Assembly: GCA_964658305.1 (NCBI GenBank)
Contig: OZ210884.1
Location: 4,340,001 to 4,404,000, forward strand
Direction of reading: 5' to 3'
Source of the DNA: Leptogorgia sarmentosa
Taxonomy: Eukaryota
Length of the DNA: 64,000 bases
Positions 22,235 through 48,200 of the stretch are shown here, piece by piece. The notes beneath the pieces are model-generated. The model was not told the DNA's origin. It did no database searches and saw only the letters and a program-made list of their open reading frames with translations. Within the stretch, counting starts at the first letter, position 1. The number at the start of each line of letters is the position of its first letter. The position numbers and the translations under genes were made by a program.

Positions 22235-25200
22235 ATGAGCCATCCCTTTGGATTTGGAACAGTCGAGGAACAACCATTACTTCCGCCAGCTGCAGGTTAG
22301 TTCGTACTTTATCTGACCATGGCGAGAACACACGAGAAACTTGGATTTCTAGCCGGGTTGAAGTTCAGTCTTGGCGAACACCATCATGGATTTGATTGAA
22401 CTTATTATCAAGAATCGCCAAGAGGAATATTTCGAACCTTATCAACCCAAATGACAGAATAATGTCTGAATGAATGCTGAAACATTAATAAATAAAGTTT
22501 GTTATGTCAACATCATCCACTCTAAGTAATATCGCATGTCAGCTTCCTTCTGCTAGACACATCGATATCTAGTGTTGATTTCGGCCGATGAGTCTTATTC
22601 GGGTGTCTATAGATTACACTTTTTAGGTGGCCTAATGTAAGCAAAATGTGATATAATAGTCGTGTTTGAAAATGATAATGATACCACTCTAAAAGCACAT
22701 TTTAGGTCGCAATACGATATCGGCGATGCGGAACAAATAAACATTTACATGTTCCTGTCTTGTCTTCTCAAATGAACTGCTCGTATTGCCGCTTTACATG
22801 GCCATATTGTTATTTTATTCCATGGAAGACGGTCTAACTTGTTGTCTCAGAGGATGTTGTATACCTCTACAGGGTCCCCATGCAGCACAGCAATCGCTGA
22901 TTCCCTCGCAGTTTTAACTGAAGGTATAGAAATAACTATATATACATCAAAGACTATAGACCCTTTCACTATCCAAGCAATAAAACAAAATGACTCAAAG
23001 AGAGTCAAAAGGCTCAAAGAGAATTCACATGAATGGATTTTGCTTAAAATGTCAATTTCTCGTCAAATAATTTTCATGCTATTTCTTGCTGCATACATAT
23101 ATATATTTGAATCTAGAAATATGGTAGATATATATCCCCTCAAAACTTGTATTTGTTGAAAATATCATATTTGGCTCATGAAAATGTTTTACTAACTCTA
23201 CTCTGAGTTTGCATCCTGACACTTCTGCTGGTCGACTTATCTTGAGTGGGACGCCTAAGAGAGGGAACATGTGAAAATTTTGTGTCTTTTATTTCTAATT
23301 TTGTTCGTTTGGAACACATGATATTCAGTGCTAATCGAGCTGGCTTGCGTCGTCAAACGACGATTTTCTTCAGTATTCCTATTGGATTATAGCTATAATG
23401 TGAATTTATTTACGAAAACATTTTCCCACGCTGTGTTCCATTGTCGATCTTCTTGTGATGCATGAATGATCAATGATTGACCAAATAAAAAATTGTATAA
23501 AATTCAATTCTGCAAAGTTTTGATGAGTGACTTAGGTATTTACTGGATTTCTGGCAAAAAACGTGATCATACAAATTAGGAAGGTTTCTAGCAAGATTTT
23601 AGTCCAATCTTGATTGAAACTTCGTTGTAAATTGGATATAAAGACATATAATCGAATTAGTCATTCGACGAATTCAGCTAGCCAAGAAAATAGTTATCGC
23701 GCAGAAGTTGCAAGATCTTTCAAATCATCTTAAAGTTACTAGTGATTGACATGTTGGATGTTTTGTGAAAATGTAAATGGTACCAAAAATATGGGAGCCA
23801 CTACGGCGAGATGAATCTAACTCGGAACATTTCAATTTGCTTAATATTGTATTCCATCCATTAATTATATTTTAATTTGCATGCATTCTATAAATATGAT
23901 CATGACGCATCACCTTGTAGCACGCAGCATTATTTTTTTCTCTTTTATGTGCGACCTCAAGCACGTAGTAATCTTTCTTTATTGCATGATTGTTTCAGTA
24001 ACAACTGATATATGCGATGTAGATGTTGAAGTGATATGGCAATTTTTCATATTATCTAACCAACAATTGTGATGGGGTGAAGATCTCTTCCAATTGAAAA
24101 AATAATTAGCTGCATGCAGGTCCCTCCTAATATCTCGCAATTCCTAAATTGATTTCAGCCTACGCGGATGTGACATTCAAGGACCTCCACCCGTACAAAG
24201 TATTTTACAAAAAGCAATACAGGAAGAATCACGTGACCAGGCAATTGGTGGTAAATGACGAGAAGAGATGGATTAACATGGAGGCGAGGACAATTAATTG
24301 TCAACTGTATAGGATAAAAGGCTGGGTGAGAAGAGAGAGAAAGGCTGCCGCTAGACTGGACGATAAAAATGGAGACGTTCCGATAAAGAATGGAGAAGAA
24401 TTTAACCTTATCAAAGAAACGGACATACCCACTCCAATCCAAGATGGTTTTTTGGTAAGTGATCATTTTGCGTGAACAATTATATCTGCTTTGATATGTT
24501 TGTGATATTAAATGAAAGGCGGCACTTTGCATCAAATCTTTTCATATTGTCTTATCTTGACGTGCTTTTATATCTCGAGTTTTCGATCAAATGTCAATAA
24601 AAATATATGACATAGTGAGCCCCTTTTAAATGCTCGTCACCGAAGTACTCACAGCAATTAATTAATCATCGGCGTGAAACGACATTTCTAGCCTTTTTGT
24701 ATGCGTTGCTTGAAACAAATAAGGAAGCTCGTGGACACTCTCCATCCAGTGTGTGATTTTCGAAAATCACATAAAGCTAAACGTGTGGCCGGCAGACGAA
24801 AGTTGGAAAATTCCACAAACGAGGCTGTATATTAATTGATATCTTCAGCAATCTCTAAAATGCATCATGTAAAGAACAGGAGTATTGGAGCTGCATTTCG
24901 TGAAATGAATACTTCGAATTCGAATACAAAACTAAACAAAAACTGTGCCCTACTGTAGACTCCTAACACTTCTTGTAAATTTGAAGTTTTGTTTTACTAA
25001 ATATGATCACCCAGTTTCACAAGTTTCATCAGGGGTAATAAAAGTTAAAAAAGAGCGAAATGTATTTCTATTCCGCGCGTGCATAGTTACACGCAGTTCA
25101 TGCACTCTCTGTCAAATGAGCCAGTAAGTATTCATCTGCCATCCCCGCCCCGTAGAAAATATTTGATAACAACGATAACATGCCATTCGGTTTCTTAAAA

Positions 25201-28200
25201 TGGCCCATTCGATATTTTCGGTGGAGACAGGCAGGAAATTTTTAGAGATATTAATTTGCATGAGGTAAATCTGCATATAGTTGCGTGAAAAGAGGAAAAT
25301 AGTAAAATTACTTGGACAATATTTTGGACATTTTTTAACTAAACTAAATCAGTTGCCTCTGATAGCTGGGTCGCCAATTACATTGCTGCAGATGCGCACA
25401 TCTTGCAGTCGCTACAGGTCCCTACCTAGACATTAGTTACATTACCATATTCCAGACAATTTTCTTTATTTGCTTCGACGTGAAAAATGATACTATTTTT
25501 TGTTTTCTTTAGCAACCATTTTCAGTGGATTTGCACGAAATATATGAAGGAAATATTCCTGAAAAACCTGTGTTTTATTTGTCTAAATCTGACAAAGACA
25601 GGAAACGGAATCTGTTCCAATTGATCATTCAATTGGAATTCATTGATTGCTCAGAAAGTCAAAAATTTGAAAGCCCGATATTCAATTTGAGAACAATCGA
25701 AACAGATCAACTACGTCGAGGTAAGGAAGAATTTCAACGATTTCTATCAACTATACATCTTTTAATATAATAGCTTAATTAAGATATTCCTAGCCCTATT
25801 CCTTTTGAATTAAGAGAGCATTCCATCAGTAACGTTTCTAGCTCGTCGGCTGTAACATGATCGTACCGCCTAACAGTTTTGCTTACTGGAAACACAATAC
25901 GCATGTCTTCCTTAGATTCATATTAGGTCTTATTGTTATTTCCTTTTAAGGGGTCAAACGACCACATGACGACGAGGAGAATGGCAGCAGTAGAGGTATG
26001 TTGTCAGAACTGTTTTGTCTCTTAGTCAACATTGATTATGAAATAAAGCACAGGAAAAATGAGTATCTATACCCTTTTTTATGGCAATCTAACAGTTATA
26101 CTATATACATGTATGTATTATGTAAAAACAGCAATGCCAATAATACATACTTTTCAAAACGTTCAAAAAGCGGTTGTGAAGTGTAAATTTTTCTCCTCTC
26201 ACGACAAGGAAAAGGTTCATTTTCTATGCGCAGTGATACCCATTTCTAAACAAAGAGCTGGCGTTGCCGCCCTCGTGAAAATGTCGGCTGCATGCACAAG
26301 ATCGCCACTACAATGATCTCTTTTAGCGCTATACCTCATCATGTACTGAATTACTTTTGATTGTTAGGTTCTCCCGGAGGATCTATGGACAGCGGAACTT
26401 TTGACGATGGTAAATATTAATAATTAAAGGCACTTTTGCAGTTTGAAATACGAATCCGCTCTATTGTTCAATTGTTCTTACGAGGGATTGTTTGAGATCC
26501 GATCAGTTGTTAGTACGCTATATTACAATGTTTGTCCTGTGCTAACCCCATTGCTAAATATGTTATGCATGTATTTATATAGGTGTACCTATGATCGGTT
26601 CTTTGCAATTGCAAAGTTATTATCCGCAGACTGAAAATTCAATCTATTTATCCGTAAAACAATCTCTTTGGGATTGAAAATCAATCCGACGGGCGATTGA
26701 AGGAAAAATCAATCTTAAAGGAGTTACTTTTCAATCAAATTTCAATCGAATTAGCTTATTCTTGGCCTGCTATTGGCGCACACGCGATATTTGAGCAATA
26801 TGATTGGCTTAGATTTACAAATCTTAATTTACAAAGATTGAAATGATTCTCAGTCGTCTTTATCGAATGACATATTTTCAATCGAATAGACCTCACCGAT
26901 TATTCGCATCAAACATGAAAACGAGACCATTGGGTAAACGAGAATAATCGGTAAGGAACGGTAAGGTTTTTTGCACACTGAAAGAGTATTTTTCAATCTA
27001 AATTCAATCTATTACACTGAATTATGTTTGAAACTGTTAAAAGATTGAAATTTTCAATGTTTTGAATTAAGAGAGTAATTAGCTATGTACCATATTTCTT
27101 GCAGGAAGGCATCCACAAATTCTGGTTGACATGCTAGATGCGAAAACAGCCAAAGTTGAAAACCTCGTCGCAAAAGGTCTCACCGTTAACAGTGGGCTGT
27201 TCCATGTGGAAACGTCAAATGCAGATTTGGCTTATCACATGTTGTTGAAAGAGCCTGAAAGATACGACGATCTAGAGGAAGGAGATATTGTTGGATTTTA
27301 TAAAGATGAAGAATCGGGCGAGACGTACATTCAGCGCCTGCGCAGCAACAATATCCATAATGCATTGCATGCTGGTGTTGTAAGCCGCTCTCATTGGCTT
27401 GCTGGGAACAAACCTCTTAACGCAGGTAGGATCAAGCGCATGTCACATGTGAATTTATTTGTTAACAATGAAAAAAAACAACAACAAAGATTGAATAGTA
27501 TTTTCATATAAAGTACATGACTGTGTTGGCCCTGTTGGGCGAACGGAACGACAACAACTAACCAATAGCAAAATTTCGTGACCTCGTACCCGTTGGACCA
27601 AGCAGCCAAAAAACAGCTATGATGCATTATTATATGGCTTTTCAAAATTCTCTATTCTGAATACAGCTTCGGATTTCAGGAGTTTGCAACCAGTTTGAAC
27701 GTTTAATTTTAAGATCATTATGATTTTTATAATTATTAGTTTACACATTGCGTTGAGAAACTATCGACCGGACTAAGTATAGGAATGAAACTACATGCAA
27801 TACTGTTCAGACTACAAAGCTGTGCAGTTGGTACAAAACAGCAATGTTGGCGAGATTTCCAGTCTTAGCAAAGAACGAAACGCAACTGTTGCTAAAATGC
27901 AAATCATTTGCTTGAATTGAAAAATTTAATTGCAATTGACCACATCAAAAAAGATGGCGGCATGTACATTTTACCAGAATGCAAAGCGGCCTTGAATCGT
28001 TCGAAAAAGCATAATATTAACTTCGTTTGAAGAATAGACAGAAGTAAATTTCTTTCCATTAGCTATACGCTTCTGGTAATATTTTTACAGTTATATGTAT
28101 TTAGTACCCACACTGTATCCTAGTAAAATGTACATGCCACATTTTTTTTGCCATGGTCAATTTCGCGTTTCTCATTAAGTGATTTACGTGTGCACGTGCA

Positions 28201-31200
28201 TGATCTCAGTATACCACGCATTACGGAGTTTTTTCTCACGATCACGCGAAAGCACTCCGGCAAATATATAAAGCGACATTTACTGTCGGTGGGACATTCC
28301 ACCTAGTGGGCTTGTTCTTAAAATGTAGGTCTTCAAGAAGGCTAAAATTTGACTTACGGTTATTTTCCTGTAAAGTTAACGACGTGTGATTCATATTTTA
28401 TCATTCCTTTTAGCCGCACAGACCGACACAATTTGCGTCATTGGCATCGTAAATGTCAAAGTTGTTGGTAGTGTTGAGAATGGCGAGCGCATCTATGCTT
28501 CCACGACTGACCCTGGTAAAGCGATACCTCAATCTCATATGCCCGTCGGTACGTTTCTCCGCAAGAAACACGTGTTACTTGGCATGGCTATGGAGACCAA
28601 AAAATGCGCAAAGATGCTTGACGAGGTCAATTTAGTCAAATGCTTTGTATGCATCGTCCTCGACGTTAGCCGACATGAACTCTTGGAAGAAATAGAAACA
28701 CTTTACGAAGTAAACCAGAAAAGAACGGAGGAACAAATTAAGGTGGAAAGCAAAAGAACATGGAGAAGTAAGTTCTTTGAAACGAGTTTTGTTAAATCTA
28801 GGAAGAATGTCATTACTGAAAAGTTTATACAAATATAATAGTACATTCACTCTTGGGAGAAAACTACGACAGTAACCGCACTAAAATTTTTTGCATAACA
28901 ATGTTCTTCCACCATGACGATGAAACAATATATGAACGACTACTGCACAATGACAGTACAACAGAATCACATTGAATCCTTCTTAAACTATTCACTTGCG
29001 AATATCGACATGTGTATCATTTCAACCCCGTAATCGCTAGCATACAGTAACCTCGCAGAAAATATACTAGTTTTCTAGTTTATTTTTTTTTGCCGTTGGA
29101 ATCCATGTTTACGTTTTCTTCAATCTGATCGGCTACGCGAGCTGTCCGCGTTTTGAGGCCTGGACAAAATATATTTTTCCCGTACGCACCTCCCATCCAG
29201 TAAATAAGATACATGTAACTAGATTGTTGTCAATGATTCTGAGTAATTGGGTTGCGTGTTAACAAGAGATTATTGTGTTTTAGGATTAAGAGGTTATTTC
29301 ATTGCGGGTATTCTTACCCTTGGAGTTATTATATTCATGTTATATCAGTGGCTAGTTCCAGGATCAATGTTTCGCTACTGGCTCTGTCGTCGCGGGTCCA
29401 TCGCGAATCATGAGATGTTTTATCATTATGTCGACATCAACCAAAAAAGGGTATGTATAGCTACTAAAAATGAAAATGAAAATAAAAATAAAAAGTTCTT
29501 ACGATGGCCGAGAAGGGCCATGAAATATGCATTTTTCGTTTTATTTTCAAAATTACATTCGCCGTTTCTTTCATGGAATTACACTCGCCACTTTTTACAC
29601 AAAATTACACCTGCCACTTTTTTATAAATTTATATAAATTTGTATACAGTTGGAATGCCCCACTTATTTGCAAATTACACTTGCCGGTTTCTTCCAGAAT
29701 TACGCTCGTACAAGCTTATAAGAAATTACATGCAACATTTAATTTTCCATGAAATATCGACAAAAATCCACTTAAAATTTCAATGAAAGTTGATTCTTAC
29801 GTTCGCGAATGAAACTAATTAAATAGGTAGTTTAACGTTGAAGCGTTCATAATACTATACCTCAGTCAATTTTGCACGGAAAATAGCAAATGTTATGTAT
29901 CAAAATCTAAGTTAACCCTTCGTGAATATGTACAATGCATTTTATTTTAGTGCGATAGCTTTTATAGGCCCTACGCTATATGAAATCAAACAGGGTATAT
30001 ATAACGTGCGATGTCCGAAAACTGGATTTTGCGTTCTTTCCTGCGTGATTACCGATTAATTTATGCATAATTGGATATTTGCATTAATTACCAATGCAAA
30101 TTGCAAGCTAATTCCCAAAGGTCCGTAATTACGCAAAGAAATTACGGAAAATCGTTCGTCTCAGCGTGCACCAAATTTCTCAAAACTTGAATAGCTTGTA
30201 TATCATACTCCATATTTTCATCTGATTAAATCAAATTGTGTGAACAAAACTTATTTTTTGCGCGCAAGCCGTTTTTAATGGGCCTTTCTGTAACCACATT
30301 TCCCATTCTAAAAAAGTTTGTTTTTAAAATAAACTTAGAGCTAGATATACCAGAGGGTGTTAAACTACCCAGGCTAACCGAAAGTTTTTGGAAATTTTGA
30401 GCGCTCGTTAGTTTAGATAATGTTTTTCATCAGTAAACTTTTTTTTGATACACCCTGTATAGTTTTTTTTTCGGGACACCCAGTATAATATACTTTCTGC
30501 AATATTGACTGGTTGTTCTAGGACAGAACTTTTCAATAAGTATGAATCAAATTGAATAATTCTGCCTCGAATAAAGGCAAACCGCATTAGGTCCACGGGT
30601 ACAACTAAATATATTGTAGAAAAGGATCGATTATACTGTATGAAGCAAAACAGTTTTTTGATTATAATTATCCTGTGAAATAGTTGCATAATATTTTTAT
30701 ATATTTTAGCATTACCTTGTACATGGCATTGAATTTACATGGGAAGGACTTAAAGAAAAAATGGGATTCAACTTCACACGATGCACCTGCTCTGTTGGTA
30801 AATACACCATTTTATTGTTCTTTATTATATGACTTTTTAAATCATTAATTTTTTATATAATACCTCATTACATGCATTCAGGTCGTTTGATTGCTTAATT
30901 ATGGTCATGTGATATTGAATAGACAGTTCCATCCGTTCCCCCAAGAGTGCAATAGTATTCGTACTATTGCACTCTGTATTTTCAGTAACTCCCATCCTTC
31001 AAACGCTTTTCGTACAGTGATCGCAGTTTATTTACCCCCGATTCTCAACGTCAGGTAAATGCGATTTATATAAAACAAATTATATATAACAAATATTATA
31101 TAAACAACAAGTATTATATAAAACAAATAATGAATGTTTGAGTATACAATGGTTAGGATATTTTCATGAGGTGAAAGATGGAATGTTCTATATAACATTA

Positions 31201-32201
31201 AGAATGTTCTATATAACATGAAGAAATTTCACGTACAGAACAAATGATCAATGTGAAGTACTGTTATTACTTTTATTTACGCGATACATCCAGATTTCGG
31301 GTGATTAAGGCCTTGGCAAGGGAAAATTTTAAACGGAAATCCTTGATTTGATCTTTTAACATTATTAAAAGGTCAAGCTTTCTAAGTTAGTTTGTTGAAT
31401 CTAAGTAACCTTACGTAAAACTAAAATTCCTATTTCGAGAAATTTCAATTTGCATGACTTAGCTGCGTGACATAGCTACAGAAAATCGTCGTCAAACATA
31501 ATTTTATAGCCAATTCATGAATGTCAGACGACGAAGTTAAGGCGAAAGTTTATAAGAAATTGTTTTAAAAATGAATGATTAGAATGGAAATCATCCTGTG
31601 TACACTTTCATATACGAACATAAAACAATATCAAATGAGCAAAACACAGCGGTAATTAACCTTGAGAACTACGTTAATCAAGCTTGTCTGCTACAAAATT
31701 ATTGTTTGTCGCGGCTTGAAACGTGGGCGTCCGTCACGGGACGTGAAAATATCCGTTCTGGCGTTGTCAACAGTGCTTGAACAACGTCTAAAATTCCTGC
31801 TATACTTTTAATAATTATTCATTTTCTTTGAACGATTAACTTGATTGTATTTGATAGCGACGTCCTCTTGTCGCCGTCTCGCATTCGTAAACTCGCTTAA
31901 TACGGTTACTATCCCGTTTCGTGTATAAGCCAGTTCGCAATGAGAATTACGAATTGAGAATTATAAGTTAATAATTTAATTTGTAGAGGAAGATGTGCAC
32001 TATTATATGAACGTGGACCGTTGCGCGTACTATTGGGCTGATGGTGCAGCAGGAAATAACATTGGAGGTCGGAAATACCTTGGAGGATCAAGAGTTTTCG
32101 CCGCTGTTAACAATTGTACAGTTGTTTGTGAGTTAATCGAGAAGGAGGATGACTGGGTTCCAGTTGAAAATCAGACCAAACCGTCTTGCATTTTCGGTTG
32201 A
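22235..32201 (+). CDS. Uncharacterised ~598-aa single-pass membrane protein, copy B (paralog of 11709-18917; MYRF-like architecture)
   Basis: Exons 22235-22295, 24159-24454, 25513-25720, 25951-25995, 26368-26409, 27105-27425, 28414-28767, 29284-29450, 30710-30797, 31987-32201. All GT-AG, total 1797 nt open. Length differences from copy A are all multiples of 3 and exons 5-10 are identical in length. Confidence 0.87.
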
Positions 32202-32975
32202 AGTGGAAACGCGCTTGTATAAAAGAAATAATCATAGCCTTTGTATAGATCTCGTGTATAACTACACAAACATAAAAATATCGTATGAGGAAGGTTGCAC
32301 ATAACAAAAAATCAAAAACAATGAATTTCAAATAAACAGGTCATTGCATGAAAATATACGCTTTTCTTTCTCGAAATTTGCTTCATTTTGTACCACAAAA
32401 GTTCGCTTATTTCCTTCAAGGTATATAAAAAAGTAATATTTTAACAACTAAAAAAATATCGGGCCCTTACAAAAGTGAAATCCTTGAGCAGCAATTGATA
32501 TATGCAAAATAAAAATGCTCAAAATATTTCGAATGCCATAGGGGATTAATTTATGCTTTCTATTTAATTTGTTTTAGTTCAAATCATAATTTTTGAAAGA
32601 CAATTGTGTTAACTTTATTGCATAGCTTGTAGCTTCACTATAGTGAAAATATCGTAACCATTTCCCGCCAATAAATTTGTTTTCGAAATGGCGAGGTTTC
32701 GCTAAGAGCAGCGAACAAATTTTTTGTCTTGGTTTAATGAAAAGCAACAAGTTTTTGTCGAGAAAAATGAAAATATGATAGGTATAGATGGTCTCCAGTG
32801 CTACAATTTAGAATTAACATGCACGAGTGAGTTTTTCAAAGACCTCACCTGCCCATATATTCTTTGAATTTGGATAATATAAGGTAATTAGTTGAAAAAT
32901 TTAGCATTATCGATCAAAAATTAATATTGCCCACCAGGTTTTACGACTATAATATAATAAAAAGAAAATTAAAAT

Positions 32976-33044
32976 CAACCTCGTACCCAGGGTCTTTCTT
33001 ATGGCAACAGAACCACAGCGAAGTTACCCTGGCTTGCGAGGTTG
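32976..33044. mobile_element. 69-bp miniature TIR element with 9-bp TSD
   Basis: CAACCTCGTACCCAGGG...CCCTGGCTTGCGAGGTTG flanked by AATTAAAAT on both sides (32967-32975, 33045-33053). Confidence 0.8.
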
Positions 33045-33887
33045 AATTAAAATGCGGTTTGAAGTAATGAACTTTATCTTCCCGTGGTAAATCATATTTT
33101 ACTCATTCACTGCGCTCATTCATAAAATATTGCCTTTTCTACTCGAAGATAAAATTCATATGCTCTAGCTATATACCCGTTTTCTTATTGTATGTATATA
33201 TATTTATATATTGCTTCCGTAGATTAAATTGTTACTTTTGTGATACTATAATTGCATAATATTAAAAAAACAACAACAGGAACGAAGAGTGTTTGTTTTG
33301 TCCGTTGAAATAAAATTACCAAAAATAATAAATAATTCAAAACGAAGGTCTTCAACCAGCTTGACATTGCTCATTTGGTGATCTGAATCTGTGATGTTTG
33401 ATTTGTTCTTTTTCTAATTTTGATTGAACAATTATTTTTCTTCATTATATATATGTGCTTGGGATTTGGTCACTATGAGAAGAAATTTTGACCTATATTT
33501 ATTGTAACTTGAATCTTGAATAAGGAAATGCATATGAGCATGCAATATCCAATAAAATATGCATTGTTACCCTCTATATGAAATTATGAATAGGCTAAAA
33601 AATCACCCTAATTGTATGCTGTAATCACCTATTGGATACTGCTGAAGCAGCACGCTATCGTGTAGCTATAATTAGATTATTATGATCGGCAAAAGACTTT
33701 GCAATATTGTCTATACAGTTGCTGATGGCCGGATGAACATTTTCAAGGCATCACGTCACTATAATAATTCGATGTAATTCCGAAGTGAAGCACTTTATGA
33801 GGTTGGTATCTGTTTTGGTTTTGTATAAACAATCCTATACTGATCGATCTCATGTATATTTTTGCTCAAGTGGTTTTTATGCTCTAG

Positions 33888-45239
<11,352 letters not shown>

Positions 45240-48200
45240 GATTCAAGAATATTTACCTGCTAATTAATGCAATATCTGAAATATTTTCTCAATAGTCATG
45301 TCATTTTAAAGTATATTTTTGCAAAGTCATGCAGTTTCGATCATTATTATTATGCCGACAGACGTTTTAATCGTCAAACAAGGTGTTAAATAATTTTTGA
45401 AGTGTAGTGATGTAAATGAAAGAAATAGAACAAGAAAACTATTGCATGAATGATTTACTTCATGTTCATCTATGCTGCATCCCCTCGCCTCATTATAGCT
45501 AAGAAACAATTTGAACTGGCTATATTTTTGCAACATGAAGTATTTACAGATTGTTGTCATGACGTGTTGATGGCTGATTAAAACAGGATGCAACAATGTT
45601 GTGCTGCCCCCACATTGTTATTTATTAATTGTCAACAATATATGTTCTTCTGCATTGTTGAGCCTATACCCAGCTCGCAATCAGATGTAACAATTCTGAA
45701 AAATTATATTGTTAACAACTATGGACATTGTGGGAAGCACAAGATTTAATTGTCTAAGCCAGAGAATACTTCATATTTGGAAATTTTAAAATACGAAAAA
45801 AATGTTGACAAGTGAAAGTTAATCTTCTCTCGATTCAACATCACCTTTTACTACATTTTCTTCGTCGATTCTTTTTGGTAGAAATTGATCAGTTTCTTAG
45901 CTGCAACTTTGCTATCGTTGCTCAATTCCTGGCCTTTCTATTTTGTACATTTTGTGGAGTATAATTTCATCTTCCGTTATAAATTTTTGTTTAATACTAT
46001 TTTGCCAGTTATTCAGGTTATAAAACGTATTTAATGTGACGTCCGTCTCGCAAATTATTTCGCGTTGCAGATCTGTAGATTACTCCAATAAAATTAATTT
46101 TTAACATAGAAACACAGATTGCCATGGAATATATAGAATGACTGATTATTGGCCCATTTAGCTAAATGCCTGGTTGACAACTGTTAGAAAGGATGGGGTA
46201 ATCTACTGACAACGTAGCTATATTAATTGCTGGGCTTTGCCGTACAAGTAATATTTTTGCAAGGACTATGAATAAGTATCACATTTTTGAATGGCAATTA
46301 CAAATTGTCGCAGCGATAGGTCTATATACGTTTTATAAAATACAATACAATACAACATATATATGTATACTTCAATATGTATACTATAATATTATAATAT
46401 ATTTAACAATTATACCATGAGCTCGAGTCGTATATGAGCTGATAGCCGACGAGGCGCAATGCGTGCAATGGTAAGAATATTTTCATTCGGTGAAAGATGG
46501 AATGTTCCTCATGAAAATATTCTTACCATCGCATTCATTATTTGTATAACATAATTAGCTATATAGCACAGGATGTTGTAGAAAAACCCACGCGTTCAAT
46601 TACTTGATATGGTTCATCGAAACAAGGAACTTATAACTTAACATACTATTGCATTTAAAAATTTATACATAATTATCGCATTGTGGTCTCCTGTATAACA
46701 AGCGATAGGTAACTAATACTAGATTTGAATCCTGTGTGATGATATTTCAATCTCAGTAGTATGGGCAAGGATCACAAAAACATTTTACCGTGAAGGAGTG
46801 TACAGCACGTATCAAGTTGAATGTCACATGGCGCGTTTTCCCAGCCGGTCAATTGCGTGACTTCTGGACGCTGTCTTATCAAGCTGATCACAACCAGAAA
46901 ACTGCATAGGTCATTTTAGCCACGGCCTATTTCAGCTACGGCTAATTTTCGCTCGTATGAATGGACCTAATGCGCCTGATGTTAGAAATGTAACTTGACT
47001 AACCAATGCCTACCTCATATTTGCAAATTTTTCTCTAGATTGGATATAATTATCTTACCGAATTTTCTTTGTGGGTAGAATTTGAGCAGTTTCTTAGCAA
47101 CTTTGCTATCATATTGCTGAATTCCTGGGCTCCCATAAATGCATGGTACATGCATTTCAGCGCAGTATATATTCATCTTATTTTCTGTGATAAAATTTTC
47201 TTAAAAGGTATTTTCAATTGCCATTTAAAATAATTTTTCGGGTTTAAAAATAAACCTTGTTTAATGAGACGTGCTGTCTCGTAAACTAATTTGCGTTTTA
47301 GCCTTTAGGCCTGTTAAGGTTGTATGAATAATTGTCGGGCTTAGCCGTACAGTGACATGTTTGCAAAGACAAAGAATAAGTATCACATTTGTGACTGGCA
47401 AATTGTCGCAGCAACAGGTCTATACGTTTTATACAACGACAGGAATATGGTATTTTAAATTTGCCATGGCACAGGATGTTGTAGGAAAACCCACGCGTTT
47501 AATTACTAACTTGTGAAATAATGTGTCTGTGATAGCGATAGGTATCTCTAGATTTGCCTCTGGCGATGGTGATTTTTTAAGGCAAAGTGTCACAGAAACA
47601 TTTTACTGAGAAGGAATGTAGAACACAAAATACAGCACAATGTAGCTACAGCATGCTACCACGTTTCCATGTCAGCCTGTCATGCATTTACGTCAGTTCT
47701 GGACGCTGAACAGGGTGGTTATAAGAAGAAAAGTGCATAAAAATGGGCGCTACTTTGGATCAATGAGTGAACCGACTTAGTAATTATTATCTATAATATA
47801 TACACTGTGACTACTGAAGGTGTTGAAAAATAACTGAACTTTACAAGTTCAAATTCCAAATCTTATAAACTCAATATGGATTTTGAGTAATTTGGAGTGA
47901 GCTTCAAAATTAGTTAATAAGTTATCTAAGTTAATATTGGATTTATCCTTCCGCGTTTAGTTTTCGAGAAATAAGCACAAAAATCTAAATGTTCAATTCG
48001 TTCGATTAAAGACTGCGCGTCTTGGACTGGATCCCAGGATACTCAATTATATACAGTTTTATTGGCTATTAGCCCTATTGCCTTTCCCGCTTTTATACTT
48101 TCATTTATACTAATAACCTTTGTAAAATTTTGATACCAAGTGTATTGAGCAATACATCTTTCCAGTAGGGTATATCTTTGGGTTCAAAATCTTTCGGAAA

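Noticed and set aside
26368..26409. beta-TrCP phosphodegron in the linker exon (DSG..)
   Set aside because: DSGTFD (B), DSRDSD (A) and DSGDSD (C) do not match DSGxxS and the motif is not conserved.
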